From: Podarcis cretensis | Lineage: Eukaryota | Direction of reading: 5' to 3' | Length of the DNA stretch: 64,000 bases | Assembly: GCA_951804945.1 (NCBI GenBank) | Contig: OX638156.1 | Location: 39,556,001 to 39,620,000 of the forward strand | Part shown: positions 25,129 through 37,129 of the stretch, one piece after another | How positions within the stretch are numbered: position 1 is the stretch's first letter | How the letters are laid out: each line of letters begins with the position of its first letter | The notes under the pieces: generated by a model | Told to the model about the DNA's origin: nothing | Seen by the model: only the letters and a program-made list of their open reading frames with translations | Database searches by the model: none | Program-made: the position numbers and the translations under genes

Positions 25129-27300
25129 GTCAACTCTGAAGTATGCCCTATGGACCTCAGAGGGTCTTATTCTCAGGTAAGTGGGTTTAGCACTGCAGTC
25201 TTCACCTCCAATCTCCTCATATGCTCCATTGTAAGACTGTGACTAAACAAAGACTAAAAGAAAGTGCTTATTCACATAGCTCATTGTTAAACTATGGAAC
25301 TCACTCCCACTGGATTAGACAATTTGATTAGACAAATTTCCACATCCTGCCACATGGACTGAGGTATGGTTCCTTAATCCTGCAACCCTTTTCTGGGAGG
25401 ATTGTGATGGTGTGTTTGTGATTCCTGCATTGCAGGGGTTGGACTAGATGACCCCTTGGGTCCCTTCCAACTCTACAATTCTCTGGTGTTATGATTGTCT
25501 GATATGGATGGTCAAGCTGTCTACAGGAGGAGCAATTTCAAAAAGTTTTCACAGGGTCATGCACCTCAGGAAAGCCCGGTCCTTCTTGGAAATGACGCAA
25601 ACAGGCACCGACCAAATCAGTGTTCTCAGCTTGCACGCCTATGCTCTTTAGTTTCAGGAAGAGCTTGCAAACCAAGGTTGCTTTGAGATGTCAGTACACT
25701 AGATCTGTTGCACTTTAAAAACAGAGAAAGGAGCCAGAAAACACACAGTCTCTTAAGCAGATGCTTGTTTCGAACAGGAGAGCTTCTTTTCCTTTTACTG
25801 GGAGATGTGAGTGTGTGGCAGTTGGGAGCCTTGATTTATTGTGTCATTATTTATGTCTGAAAATAAATGAGGCATAAGCCTAAAAACATGAAAAAAGAAA
25901 ATTAGATTCTACCTAGATTCTCTGACTTTTCTGTAGCGTATTTACATGAAATGTACAATTTTCTGTTGTATTTTTTTGTCCGTGACACGGGGGCTGTGCC
26001 TTTGTTGACCGTGTCTGTCCGCCAGGTCTGGGTGCTTGTTTCCACTGGCTTGTCATGTTCACTAATTAGAGAGCTGCTGCATGATTCACCTTGTTAATTA
26101 GAGGGACTCGCACACACAAAGCCCCTTCGGGCAGTGCGAAAAAAGAGCCTCGCACCAGTGCCCTGAGAAAGCTGCAGCCTGTGAAGTAATTCTTCTCATC
26201 TACCTTCTATTTTTTATTTGAAATGAATAAATCATTGAGATTTTCCTTGTGGAGTGAGAATGCAAGAATTCACATCTTTGTAAGATGTAAATTATATGTG
26301 ATCAATAGAAGGATGACTACTATATTGTACTTAACAAGCCTCCCTAATTTGCTGCTTGTCTGTCTATGAAAAATTACTTGAAATATTTTGTCCCGATACT
26401 GAGGGTGATTTCCCCACCACCACCGTATCTTGTCTGCCCCCCCTTTTTCTGCCCTTGATGTATAAAAGAAATGAGTGATAGCCTGTTTCGTATAGTTGAA
26501 TCTGAACTAGAAATTATGTAGATTATTTAAAACTCAGGCTAGCTTTGCATTCCAGGGAAGCAGTGGGCATTTTGCAAAATGGGACCCCACTCCGAGGCAA
26601 CACTCACCCAGCTCCTTGTTTGTGGTGCAAAGGGGCAGAGGAGGCTCTGTGTGTGTGTGTGTGAATTTTTGCATTGTCTCTGCTCTACTGTTGGAGAACA
26701 CTTTTGCCATGTCTTGCCGGGTCCTCCAAAAGCAAACGTACTCAATGCAATAAATTAAAATTGTTTTTCTCCTGCCACCGTGACTTGATCAAACCATCAT
26801 CCAGACTGCTAAGGAGCGTGTGGCACTAAAAACGGCGCTTGCCACATTTCCCATCTGTTTAGGAGGCTCTCAGAAATGAGCTTCTGTGGCTTTCTCTATA
26901 ACTATTTGATTAAAATTACTTAATAAAGCCAATGATTTTTAGTGAATTGCTACACTTTTGTCATTTATGCAAATGAGGTTTGACGCTTAGAAACTCAAGC
27001 AGTCCATAAGAATAGAACAGAATTGGGAATAACAATAAACCAAACCCTTCCAGTCTTGAAGGAACTGGGCAATAATAGTTTTTCACTGGGAAGTCATAGC
27101 CTTTATGCTCAACTCAGGCCCACTTTGCACTGGCATGTTGATGGAAAGTAGGGCAGGGAGTGTTGAATCCCCACAAGGGCAGCAGGTGCAGCCCAGCAGC
27201 AAAGGGGGGACGCCCAATCTTAAAGAGGCAGAATCCACAGAAAATATAATTAGAAAACTGGAAAATATAATTGACATATTATTGAAAAATATCCCTCCCC

Positions 27301-27810
27301 CATAACACCAGAACTAGCGGACATCCAATGAAGCTGTATGTTGGAAGATTCAGCACAAATAAAAGGAATGCCCTTCTTCATGCAACGCATAGTTAACCTG
27401 TGGAACTCCCTCCCACAGGAGGCAGTGATGGCCACCAGCCTAGATGGCTTTAAAAGAGGATTGCACAGATTCATAGAGGAGGAGGCTTTCAATGGCTACT
27501 AGCCATGATGGCTAAGCTCTGCTTAGCAGTGGGAGGCAGCAATGCACAGGCGGGGAGAGTGCCCTTGTGCTCGGTTCCTGCTTCAGAGGCAGATTTAGGG
27601 GAGCACAACCAGTTTGGTCATATTGGGGGTGGAACCTCGGGGGCGCCATTGCAACTATGGTGTGCAATAGAAGGCAAGAGGCACCAAATTTTGGCATCGC
27701 ACAGGGCACTGCTGAAATTCCTGACCCCAAAGCCCACCACTGCCTGCTTAATGGCTTCCTACAGGCATCTGGTCGGCCACCATGAGAACAGGATAGGCCT
27801 GATTCAGCTT
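27301..27810 (+). mobile_element. CR1 ORF2 end and 3'UTR, with a hAT-like MITE inserted at ~27584-27735
   Basis: HNTRTSGHPMKL start, GTTAACCTGTGGAACTCCCTCCCACAG and GATGGCTTTAAAAGAGGATT motifs; insert begins CAGAGGCAGATTTAGGG and is related to 44951-45140. Confidence 0.75.
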
Positions 27811-28368
27811 AGGCTGAGACCTCTTTCAGGGACCTGCCTCTCCAGTAACATCCACTTGCATCCAAAACACGCATGAGCAAAAGAAAACAAACCAGCAATG
27901 TGCTCATGTGGTGGAAGATGGGAGTGAAGGAGAGAGAGAAACATTGCAGCTGGCAACTGGCCCAGAAGCAGGGAAATCAAGCTGGCTGTGTCTGCATCTG
28001 GAATGAGGCTCACCTAAGGCCACTTTGGGGGCCTCCTCTTGCGTTTGCTCAAACTTCCCAGAAGATCCTCTGGAAGGAAGCAAGAAGAGGCTGTTGGCAG
28101 CCTGCTCATTTGCTTGCGCTCTGAGTTCCTTGGCTGCATTTAGACTCTGCTTTTTGCCCTTTTGTTTTCAGTGTCCCTAAATGCTTCACTTCAGAACATA
28201 CAGTGGCTAAGAAGCTCCCCTTTCATGCTGATCGGGTAGCTCTAGGATGCTAGAGGCACAGACTCTGAGGCAGAAATAGCAAGGGGACTTCAACACCCCA
28301 TGACTCTGGGCCATGACACCGCTGGTTGTGAGTGCAGTAAAGCCACTTCTGACCTCGGGAGGAGGTGG

Positions 28369-29094
28369 TGTTGCGGGCTTCACGCCCCCAACATGCGTGC
28401 GGGGGCTGGCTCCCAGCCCCCGTGCAATCTAGGGAATCCTCGGGCCACGTCATCCCCTGGCCAGCCAATCGGCTGGCTCAGGGGGTGTGGTGTGCCTCAT
28501 TTAAGGCAAGCGCGGCCAGGGATCTCCCTCTTTGGCCGCTCAGCTGCTCTGGTTTTCCCACCCACCCTCCCTTCAAGGTTCCCCTTCTGACCTTGCTATG
28601 GACCTCAGTTGGTCGCCGTTAAGGGGCCTGGTAGGATTTTTTTCCACTTGGCAAACTGGCACCAGCCATTTGGTTTTTTGCCTACTTCATAGGTTTTTTG
28701 CCTACCTTGGTGGTTAGGCATTGGTATGAGTATTGTTATGTAGATGGGGGGAGGAGCGCCATCACCTCCCCCAGATATTGAAGGGTAGTCCAGTAAAGGA
28801 TTCCGGGGGGCGTGGCCTTGTCCGAAGCCTATGGAGGTCAAGGCCTAAAGCACAGCCCCGAGTGGTGACCCTGGGGGAGTCCCTAGTTGATGTGCATCAG
28901 CAGGGCTCCCCCTGCTGATGTTAACCCTTCCCGGTCTTCAAGCAAACAGGCTGAAGCCGGATAGTCAGATAGGACCAATGCCTAAGCCAATACTGCTCAT
29001 CACCTGTAACCAATAAAGTTGTAGCCCATTAACCTAAAATAACGGTGTCATGTGTCTATTCCTACTGGTGGGAGGCGGGAACTCGACACGCAAC
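28369..29094 (+). mobile_element. Putative Ngaro-type (DIRS/YR retrotransposon) solo A+B terminal repeat unit
   Basis: 28708-29094 (B) is the reverse complement of 40962-41366; 28369-28707 (A) has CCAAT (28465) and a TATA-like CATTTAAGG (28498); AATAAA at 29012; ends TGTTGCG…CGCAAC; no TSD. Confidence 0.6.
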
Positions 29095-29207
29095 CAGCCT
29101 GCAAAAGTTAACATTCACATTTGTTCCTCTGCCCATTTTTGCCTCTGGCATCCTGAAAGTTTGCCCAGATGAGAATCAGGTTGGATAATGTTCCCCATCA
29201 CTACACT

Positions 29208-29316
29208 AAAAAGGTAAAGGTAAAAGGACCCCTGACCATTAGGTCCAGTCGCGGACAACTCTGGGGTTGCGGCGCTCATCTTGCTTTATTGTCCGAGGGA
29301 GCTGTCATACAGCTTC
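29208..29316 (-). mobile_element. Sauria SINE 3' fragment
   Basis: AAAGGTAAAGGTAAAAGGACCCCTGACCATTAGGTCCAGTC tail. Confidence 0.9.
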
Positions 29317-29681
29317 TTGCTTCCTTCATGGTATGGTTTCAATAACTTTCCCCTCCAATCCCTCTTTATGAAGATCTGACCCTTTTCGGCAGACCCAGCC
29401 CTCGCCATTTTGCCATGCCTCCGTTAACATCACCACAGCAGAGGAGATAATCGGCCAGCAAGTGAGCAGTGATCTGCCATATGCACCAAGGCAGCGTTCT
29501 GCAAACCACCTGTCAGAACCTCTTATTATTTCGACGGCCATCTCAGGAGGGACTTGGCTTCTCAAAGCATGGTGCTGACACACTGGCAACAGAGTCCCTC
29601 TCAGATGACAGGCAGCCGTAACAGGGAAAATGTCCGGGGAGAAAAACATCAGATAAGATGACTGACAGTTTCAAGGGGTAG

Positions 29682-29687
<6 letters not shown>

Positions 29688-29743
<56 letters not shown>
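29688..29743. repeat. (CT)n microsatellite
   Basis: Direct reading. Confidence 0.95.
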
Positions 29744-32725
29744 GTATTGTTGTCTCAGCACCTCTGACAAAAAAGGCCTCCAACACAGATGACAAATTAA
29801 CACCCATTTAAACTGCCCACACTACGTCAATGTTCAAACTAAATCCCACTGTAGAAAAGAGTGCTTTATTGTGAGATTTGAAATGTGCATTCCAGAACCA
29901 TGTCCAACAATGGATAAACATTTAACACAACAAGCCTGTCCATGCCTACCTGGGAGTAAATCTCCTTGAGCATGGTGGGACTTACTTCTTTTCACAATGC
30001 TCTCTTTGCAGTTCAGGTATATGGTTAACCTTTCATGGTTTCACATTTCCGAGTCAGATCAAGGCATTCTGAAGACAATCCAGGAGTGCCCATCTTTCAT
30101 AAAAGTCTCCGCTTTTCCATGAAGTTAAATGCATGACCATCTCCCTCATTATTATTTTTTCTGAGAAAGGAAACAAAGCATAGCTGACTGGGGAAATGCC
30201 CAGAAGGGGAGAAGGTGGAGAGGATAGAGGGATGGACAGTTGTAATCACAGTGAATGATTTCCCCAGAGCACTCCCAACACAGTCATTTGTGGGTGGGAT
30301 GCTAAAGTCAACATGTGGGTCATCATTTTCCTCTGAGTTTTCTGGCCATGAGCAGACAGTGTAGACTATTAGATGGATCTGCTTCTTTCCCAATCATTCT
30401 TTCTCCAAACAAACACTTCCATATCGTAGCTCTTTCTCACTTTTGGGAGGAGTCCTTCCAGAACGGGGTGGGTGAGAGAAAAAAAATGTGACTTCACCAG
30501 TTGTTGTTTTTTAATGAAGGTGAAATCATATAGCATGAAAGCCCCTGGATCTATTTGTCTGAATTTTGGCAGGTTTCTAACCCAGAGGTACCTCCTTTGT
30601 GTCCCCAGTTTTCAAACTGATTTCCCCACCTCCCAGAAAGAAAAACAACCACCAGGAGAGGGAATGTGATTTCCTCTTTCCCCATACCATGAGGTCTGCC
30701 CTTGTGGAAGAACTCACCAGTTTCGGTGTAAATTATTTATTTTTGTCATGTTCCATCTTGCAACTATATTGTGCATTGCACCTTTAAAAAGGACAAGGAT
30801 GATGAGACAGAACCTGAAGTGAAATGTTTAAGTAACCATTTTATGGTACAGGCAGTCATTAAATGGTCACTTAAGATCAATTGTGTAGCAAAGTACCTGA
30901 CAGAAATCCAAAAGTCATCTTCCTGCCTATAGCTAGTTTCTGAAACATGTGAAATATATAATGGCACTCAAGGTTGAAGAAGCATGCCCTCAGTTATTCA
31001 AAAGAAATTCTACTAGATGGAAGTAAAATGATAAAATTCTTGATTCTACAAGAGGCAGAATCACACTTTAGCAGAATGTCACTTGAGTCAGCATGAACAG
31101 GCAGTTCAAGAAGTCTGGATCCAGGCTGTCTGCATTGTGAACCACACGATGTTCATCAGTTTCTAGTCCTCATGGTCATGAAGAAAACCTTTAAACATGT
31201 GCCCAGCCCATATTATATTTGTAGCAGTTTTTATCTAAACTTTGCAGACTTCAAATATATTTGCATCTTACAGCAGCCCCATCTTAAATTTTTGTGTTGG
31301 TGCTGAGATGTCAAAGACATCCCTACTGTAACAACATCTGCAACACTGGTCACATTCACATCATACATTTAAAATGCTGTGGTACTCAGCTACTGCTTCC
31401 CACAAAGAATTCTGGGAGCTGTAGTTTGTTTAAGGTGCTGAAAGTCATTAGGCTGCTATTCCCCTCCCAGAGCTCCATTCCTCAGAGTTCCCCATGAAGA
31501 GCAATTGATTGAAAAGTGATCCCGACATTAATTTTCACTGGAAACACACACACATATATATGAAATTAAATCCAACTTCCAAAATGATCCAAGTTATTTC
31601 AAAACAATAAAATAGCATTTATTTAATTTAAAAAAACCATAATTCTCCGAAAACATAAGGAATTATTTCTGCATCAATCATAGTTCAAAATGTTAGGTTT
31701 GGGGTTTGGGCTTCCTTTTATTCAGGCTTCAATTCAGGCTATAAAGTAAGACATATGTTAGAAATTTAATAAATGTTAAAGCTAAATGATATGTAATACA
31801 ATTTGCAATGGCCCTATCAATCTCACCTTCATTTTATACATATTTCTTATTAACAGAACATTTTCTATCCTGACTGTCTCCCTGAATACAATTAGCACCT
31901 GATTTCAGATTTATGTTCAGTGCAATTTCCCATTTTGTATCTCTGACACCTCCCTAAAGCCTACTTGACTTGTCTGACACATTTTGCCAGATATTATGAG
32001 CGCTTTTTTTTTTTTTTCAGGATGAATATTTCTTAATCTTACCTTTTGGGGGAGTCAATAGATTTTCATGTGATTTGACATGCGTATACAGCCTTTAGCC
32101 ATCCCGGGGGCAGAGGGTGGGGAACCTTAAAATGCAAAGCCTCTGATGGCATGTCAGAAAGAAAAGATGGAGAACAGCCCCCCAGGAAGTGCTCCTGCTC
32201 AGATTCATGTTCTTGTGCTCCTCTCGCTCAGTGGGATGGGAGAGAGACATGACAGGACTCTTCAAATACCTAAAGGTGCTGTCACAAAGATGGGGGGCGG
32301 GACTGTTGCTGAGAGAACAGCACCATCACTACAGGGCATAAATCATGGGGCTGAGTGCGTAGATTCCAGCTGAACATTCGGAGAAGTTTCCTGATGGTAA
32401 GAATGGTTTGACCATAGAACCAATTAGCAGGTCCAGAGGGCTCCCACACTGGAGGTCTTCAAGAAGACACAGGGCAGCCACCTCTTGGTATATGTGCCAC
32501 AAATCCCATGGAGAAGCTGGTCAGATAACAGAATCATAGAATTGTAGAGTGGGAAGGAACACCAAGGGTCATCTAGTCCAAGCCTTTGCAATGCAGGAAT
32601 CACAACTAGAGAATCCCCAGGCCACGCCCCTCCTCCAACTCTTCCCTGCACCTTCCTAAATTCACATTTATCCAAACTCTGATGCAATTCGCCAACTAAA
32701 CAATGTTGACAGAAATGCACATTTT

Positions 32726-32881
32726 CATAGCTGTCAACCTTCCCTTTTTTTGTGGGAAATTCCCTTATTCCAGCGCCGTTTCCCGCTGCTTCCCGCTGCT
32801 ATCCCGGATTGATAGATACTGTCCCCAGGATAGGTGAGGCTGCTGATCCCTTCTTTTCAAATCTGAAAGTTGACAGCTGTG
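32726..32881. mobile_element. Young hAT MITE (CATAGCTGTCAAC TIR), copy 1
   Basis: TIRs CATAGCTGTCAAC/GTTGACAGCTGTG; 8-bp TSD CACATTTT; nested in an older TAGGGATG-family element. Confidence 0.9.
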
Positions 32882-33314
32882 CACATTTTAGCGGTAACTG
32901 TGCATAAAAATGAAGATGTTACTGAAAATAACATGCAGAAATGCATTACGTTTTGCTTGGATTTTAAAAAATGAGGATTTAAAAAAAAATAAATTCAAAT
33001 TGCTTCAGAAATGTAGAGAACTGAATTTAAAGATTGGAAAAATGAGAAATGGAGAGAACTGAAATACACAGATCCTTCCATCCTTAGTCACACAATAAGC
33101 TGCCAGCCTCTTATACGGTCTGCATGAGGAACTCCTCAGGGAGCAAGAGAAACAAATGTCAACAGGGAAGGCTGAAGTTCTGGATCTCGCTCTTTTATTT
33201 GTGATGGAGAAAAGGCTTGAGGTTTTTCTGAGAGTAGGGCTGAGCGGGGAACATGCCCCCCCTCCTCCACACTGAGTGGGCAGAGGAACACAAGATGAGT
33301 GAGGTGTGTCCCAA

Positions 33315-33341
33315 CCGCCCCGGGTGACGTCACATGACTCA
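33315..33341. promoter_or_regulatory. Candidate composite element: GC box + CRE + M-box/E-box + AP-1
   Basis: CCGCCC 33315-33320; TGACGTCA 33325-33332; GTCACATGAC 33329-33338; TGACTCA 33335-33341; motif matches only. Confidence 0.4.
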
Positions 33342-33924
33342 GAGCGCCTGGAGGAACTGGGGGCAGATGAAAGCTGGCAGCTGTGTGCAGCCTGGAGCGG
33401 AGATTTCTGGCAGACAGGGCTTGCCATCAAGCCAGCTCAGTGCCAGAATAAAAGCCCCTCTGCTCCCCAGCCAACCTATGGGGCTGTTTTCCTCCCTTTC
33501 TTGTGCGGCAGAGGGGGCTGGGGAGAGAATGAAGGGTCACGGGCTGTCAGTCCCCAACTCAGTTCTTGACCCTTTTTCTCAAGGGTAGGAAAAGGCAAGA
33601 AAACACACAGCACCCTGGGTCACATTCAGGGTTTGTTCTGGATTTTAGCCCAAAGATGTGGAAAATACAGGCACGGTGTTAAAGGGCCACCGGCCACAAC
33701 CCCTGTCCTTGCCTTTAAGCAAAAGTCAGGGACCTCAGGCCGGGGGGGGGGGTTGAAAGTGGCCCTCAAACCTTCTCTATCAGGCCCTCATGATTCTCCA
33801 CAAGCAATACCCCTTCCACAGAATAGGGGCAGCCACACTGAAAGCCCTGCTCTGAGTTAATGTAGCACATGTTTGTGATATTTTGGTACCAAAATAATAA
33901 TGTGCTCAGAGATCCCAAGGCTTT

Positions 33925-34240
33925 AGGTAAAGGTAAAGGGACCCCTGACCATTAGGTCCAGTTGTGACTGACTCTGGGGTTGCAGCGCTCATCTCACTTT
34001 ATTGGCCTAGGGAGCCGGTGTACAGCTTCCAGGTCATGTGGCCAGCATGACTAAGCTGCTTCTGGCGAACCAGAGCAGCGCATGGTAATGCCGTTTACCT
34101 TCCCGTTTACCTTACCTATTTATCTACTTGCCCTTTGAGGTGCTTTCAAACTGCTATGTTGGCAGGAGCAGGGACGGAGCAACGGGAGCTCACCCCGTCA
34201 CGGGGATTTGAACCGCCGACCTTCTGGTCGGCAAGTCCTA
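33925..34240 (-). mobile_element. Sauria SINE, 5'-truncated
   Basis: Reverse complement of 15190-15502. Confidence 0.92.
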
Positions 34241-35913
34241 CATTTCTGCCTCAGTTGCTGCCTTTGATGTAACCCAAAATAGAGCACATTGTCACAGGTA
34301 GGTTAAGAAGGCCATTATTAAAATCCTGGGGGGAACTATTTTTATTGATATCCAAACTTATAGAAATCATGATAGCAGGTGTGAGCATTGTTTTTAATTG
34401 TATAACTTGCTTGTCTGTTATTCTACACAGTGCTTTTGCAACAAGTCTCATATTTATCACCAACCCCCAACCCCATGGGATAGGAATTTCTTGGAAGCCC
34501 TATAGTCCTAATTAACAAATTAATAGCAAAGCTTAAATAAATAAAAATGTTCAAAATATTTACAGTACTTAGGGTGCCCCGTGTGTGTTCATTGAGCCAT
34601 TTGACTTGGGGGACATCCAAACTGTCTGGATAATCAGATATCCAGATAATTGGAGCCATTTATGCTCCTGTATTTGGGCTTTCAAAAAGTTAAACCGATG
34701 GAGACTGACTGTTCATCACTTTGACAGAAACAACTGGCACCTGCAATGACAGTCTATACAAATGTTTTCATCCTTAATCTAAATGCAAAGTACCAGACGA
34801 ACAGGCTGCAATGCTTGAGGTTGTAGCATCGGATCAGATGCCCAAAGGGGGCATTCTGTTAATAAAAAATAAAAAAGTCGGGTGTGCCCATCTACCAAAT
34901 GGTTAAACCCATAGACAACCTTGCAAGGTAGTAAGATGCGTTAATCACAGGCACCGACATGACTTTCCAGTAGTGACACAGTTCACCCATGATGCTCAGC
35001 CACTGCAAGGATGAGCCAGAGCGAGCCTCAGTCTCAGATACAACCAGTGATAAAAGAGCCTTGAAGTTCTCTGGATTGCTTGGTGGGCAAGACCTGCAAC
35101 CCCATGTGAAAAATGCAACTGTGCTGTATATGTGTCTGTCTCAGCCCTCAACAGCATTTATTTATTTATTGAGGGGGGAAGCATCAGAGAACAAGACAGA
35201 ATTAAGAAACAACTTGCTCTACCAGCATCAGTGCAATTAAAGGAAATAATTGGATAACTAAGTAATGTTATGTTGCAATTGGTTGATCAACTACCTGTAA
35301 ATGTATTTAGCTTTAAAGGCCAGTCTATGGAAATGTGTATTTGAGGAGACACGCAGGGTAGACAAATTTCTCAGCCTGTTTCTCCCACGTAACAGCAAGC
35401 CACCACTTGTTACATTTGCAAGGTCCGCCCCATGCCATTCCTGCCCATTGTTTGTCCAGATAACATGAATTGTAAAGCTAAAACAAAGAACACTCCATAT
35501 GACCCAAACATTGCGACACTGAAAAATGCTAATTTTAATATTTTGTAGTAAGAATTAATTTTTTAATGTTAAGTAATAGGAAAACAAGTGCAATAATGGC
35601 ACTTCAGATACTCATTTTCACTTTTATTGTTCCAGATGTTATCCTGTTAATTGATACAACTTATTTATTCACAAATAAATTTATTCAGAGCAAAAATATG
35701 GATAATCAAATTTGATACATCTTCCTGCCAAAAATATTTTAACTCCACTATACAGGTTTTTTTTAAATAAATAAATAGCCACAGCTAACTGAAACAAATC
35801 AATCTTAACTGATGGTGTTGGTTGTGATTTCTATAAATCTATTGTTGATGTTCCAGCAGTGGACAATTATGGGGCGAAGCCTCTCACGGTGATCTCAGTT
35901 CCTCATGAGATGC

Positions 35914-36627
35914 TGTCAGGGACTGGAAATCGGAGGAGGAATGGTGGAGACCCTCCCCTGCCAGGAAACTTCCAGAGAAGAGGGAGATGGTATAGATTTA
36001 CAACAGTGGTTTGCAGAAGGTCACGGTTCTAAGACAGAAGAGGGACAAAGCTGGGAGATAATGGGAGAATAGGAGAGGGGGGAGCAGAGCCAGAGCAACT
36101 GGCTGACACGTTATCATTAGAGAACATTCCAGACCTCCCCCCCCCTTTTCCCAGAACCCAGCGAGCAGTGAAAGTAGGAGAACAGAAAACGAAGAGGCAA
36201 TTGGCCTTAGGCAGCCACCGGGTTAGTGCTGTTGACAACTGTAAAGGGAGGGGGAGATTACTTGGAGCAATGCCATTAACCCGAGAGGCAATGTTCCTAA
36301 GTCTCTCTCTGTGAACATTGAATAAATACCTTGGAAAGAACCAGTGGCAGAGCTTCATGCTCCAGCCCCAGGGGATCGGAGAGCAGGCAGGGCTGGGGCG
36401 TGTCCTGGGGTGGGGCACACCCCCTGGAGGGGTGGGGCACACATCCTGGGGGCAGGGCACCCAGCGCAGGGGGGGCAGCCACAATGGAACCCTGCCAGGA
36501 TAGCGCTGCCAGGGGCGGTATGCTCCCCCCACACTCCTCTTCCTCCGCCAGTGGTACGAACTTCTTGTCTATCTATTACTGGCAGCCTGCCGTGATGAGG
36601 AGGGATTGCATTCCCTGAAGCCTGACA
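35914..36627 (+). mobile_element. Solo LTR (Gypsy/ERV-type)
   Basis: TGTCAGG…CCTGACA inverted termini; perfect 5-bp TSD GATGC (35909-35913, 36628-36632); AATAAA at 36321. Confidence 0.85.
36342..36553. mobile_element. GC-rich hAT MITE nested in the solo LTR
   Basis: TIRs CAGTGGCAGAG/CTCCGCCAGTG; degenerate 8-bp TSD GAAAGAAC/GTACGAAC. Confidence 0.7.
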
Positions 36628-37129
36628 GATGCTTGGTTTGCACTGTGACATTCAAAGCAAGATGCAACTCTGATCCCGTTGTAATAGAATGAACTACAAA
36701 ATGGTCATAAGCCAATGGAGAGTGGGGGAACAGCATTCTGCCCTTGCAGCAATTAAGTGACAAGGACTTAACTTCAGAGTCAACTCGCACCCCCCAGCAA
36801 ACTGTTCCTGGACTATACTAATTCAGGTAGGGATGGAGGAGAAAGTCAATTCAGGTCTCCTCCGAAGCCGCATCTATCAAATGCACATTTTCCAAAACAA
36901 TATGTGAACTGAAACACAGCCATCCTTCAAAATTCACACTTTTCCTGATTCTGTGATAGAAAACACTGTTTACGGCAATGCACATTTTAGGGGAAAGCGT
37001 GCGGGGAAATGAAGATGTTAGTGAAAATAACATACAAAAACAGCCTGGCACCCAGAAATCTCTGTGTAGTCACAATTGGACCCACACCAGTAGCAAAACG
37101 TGCCTGGTGCCCAAGGAATTTCAAAAACT

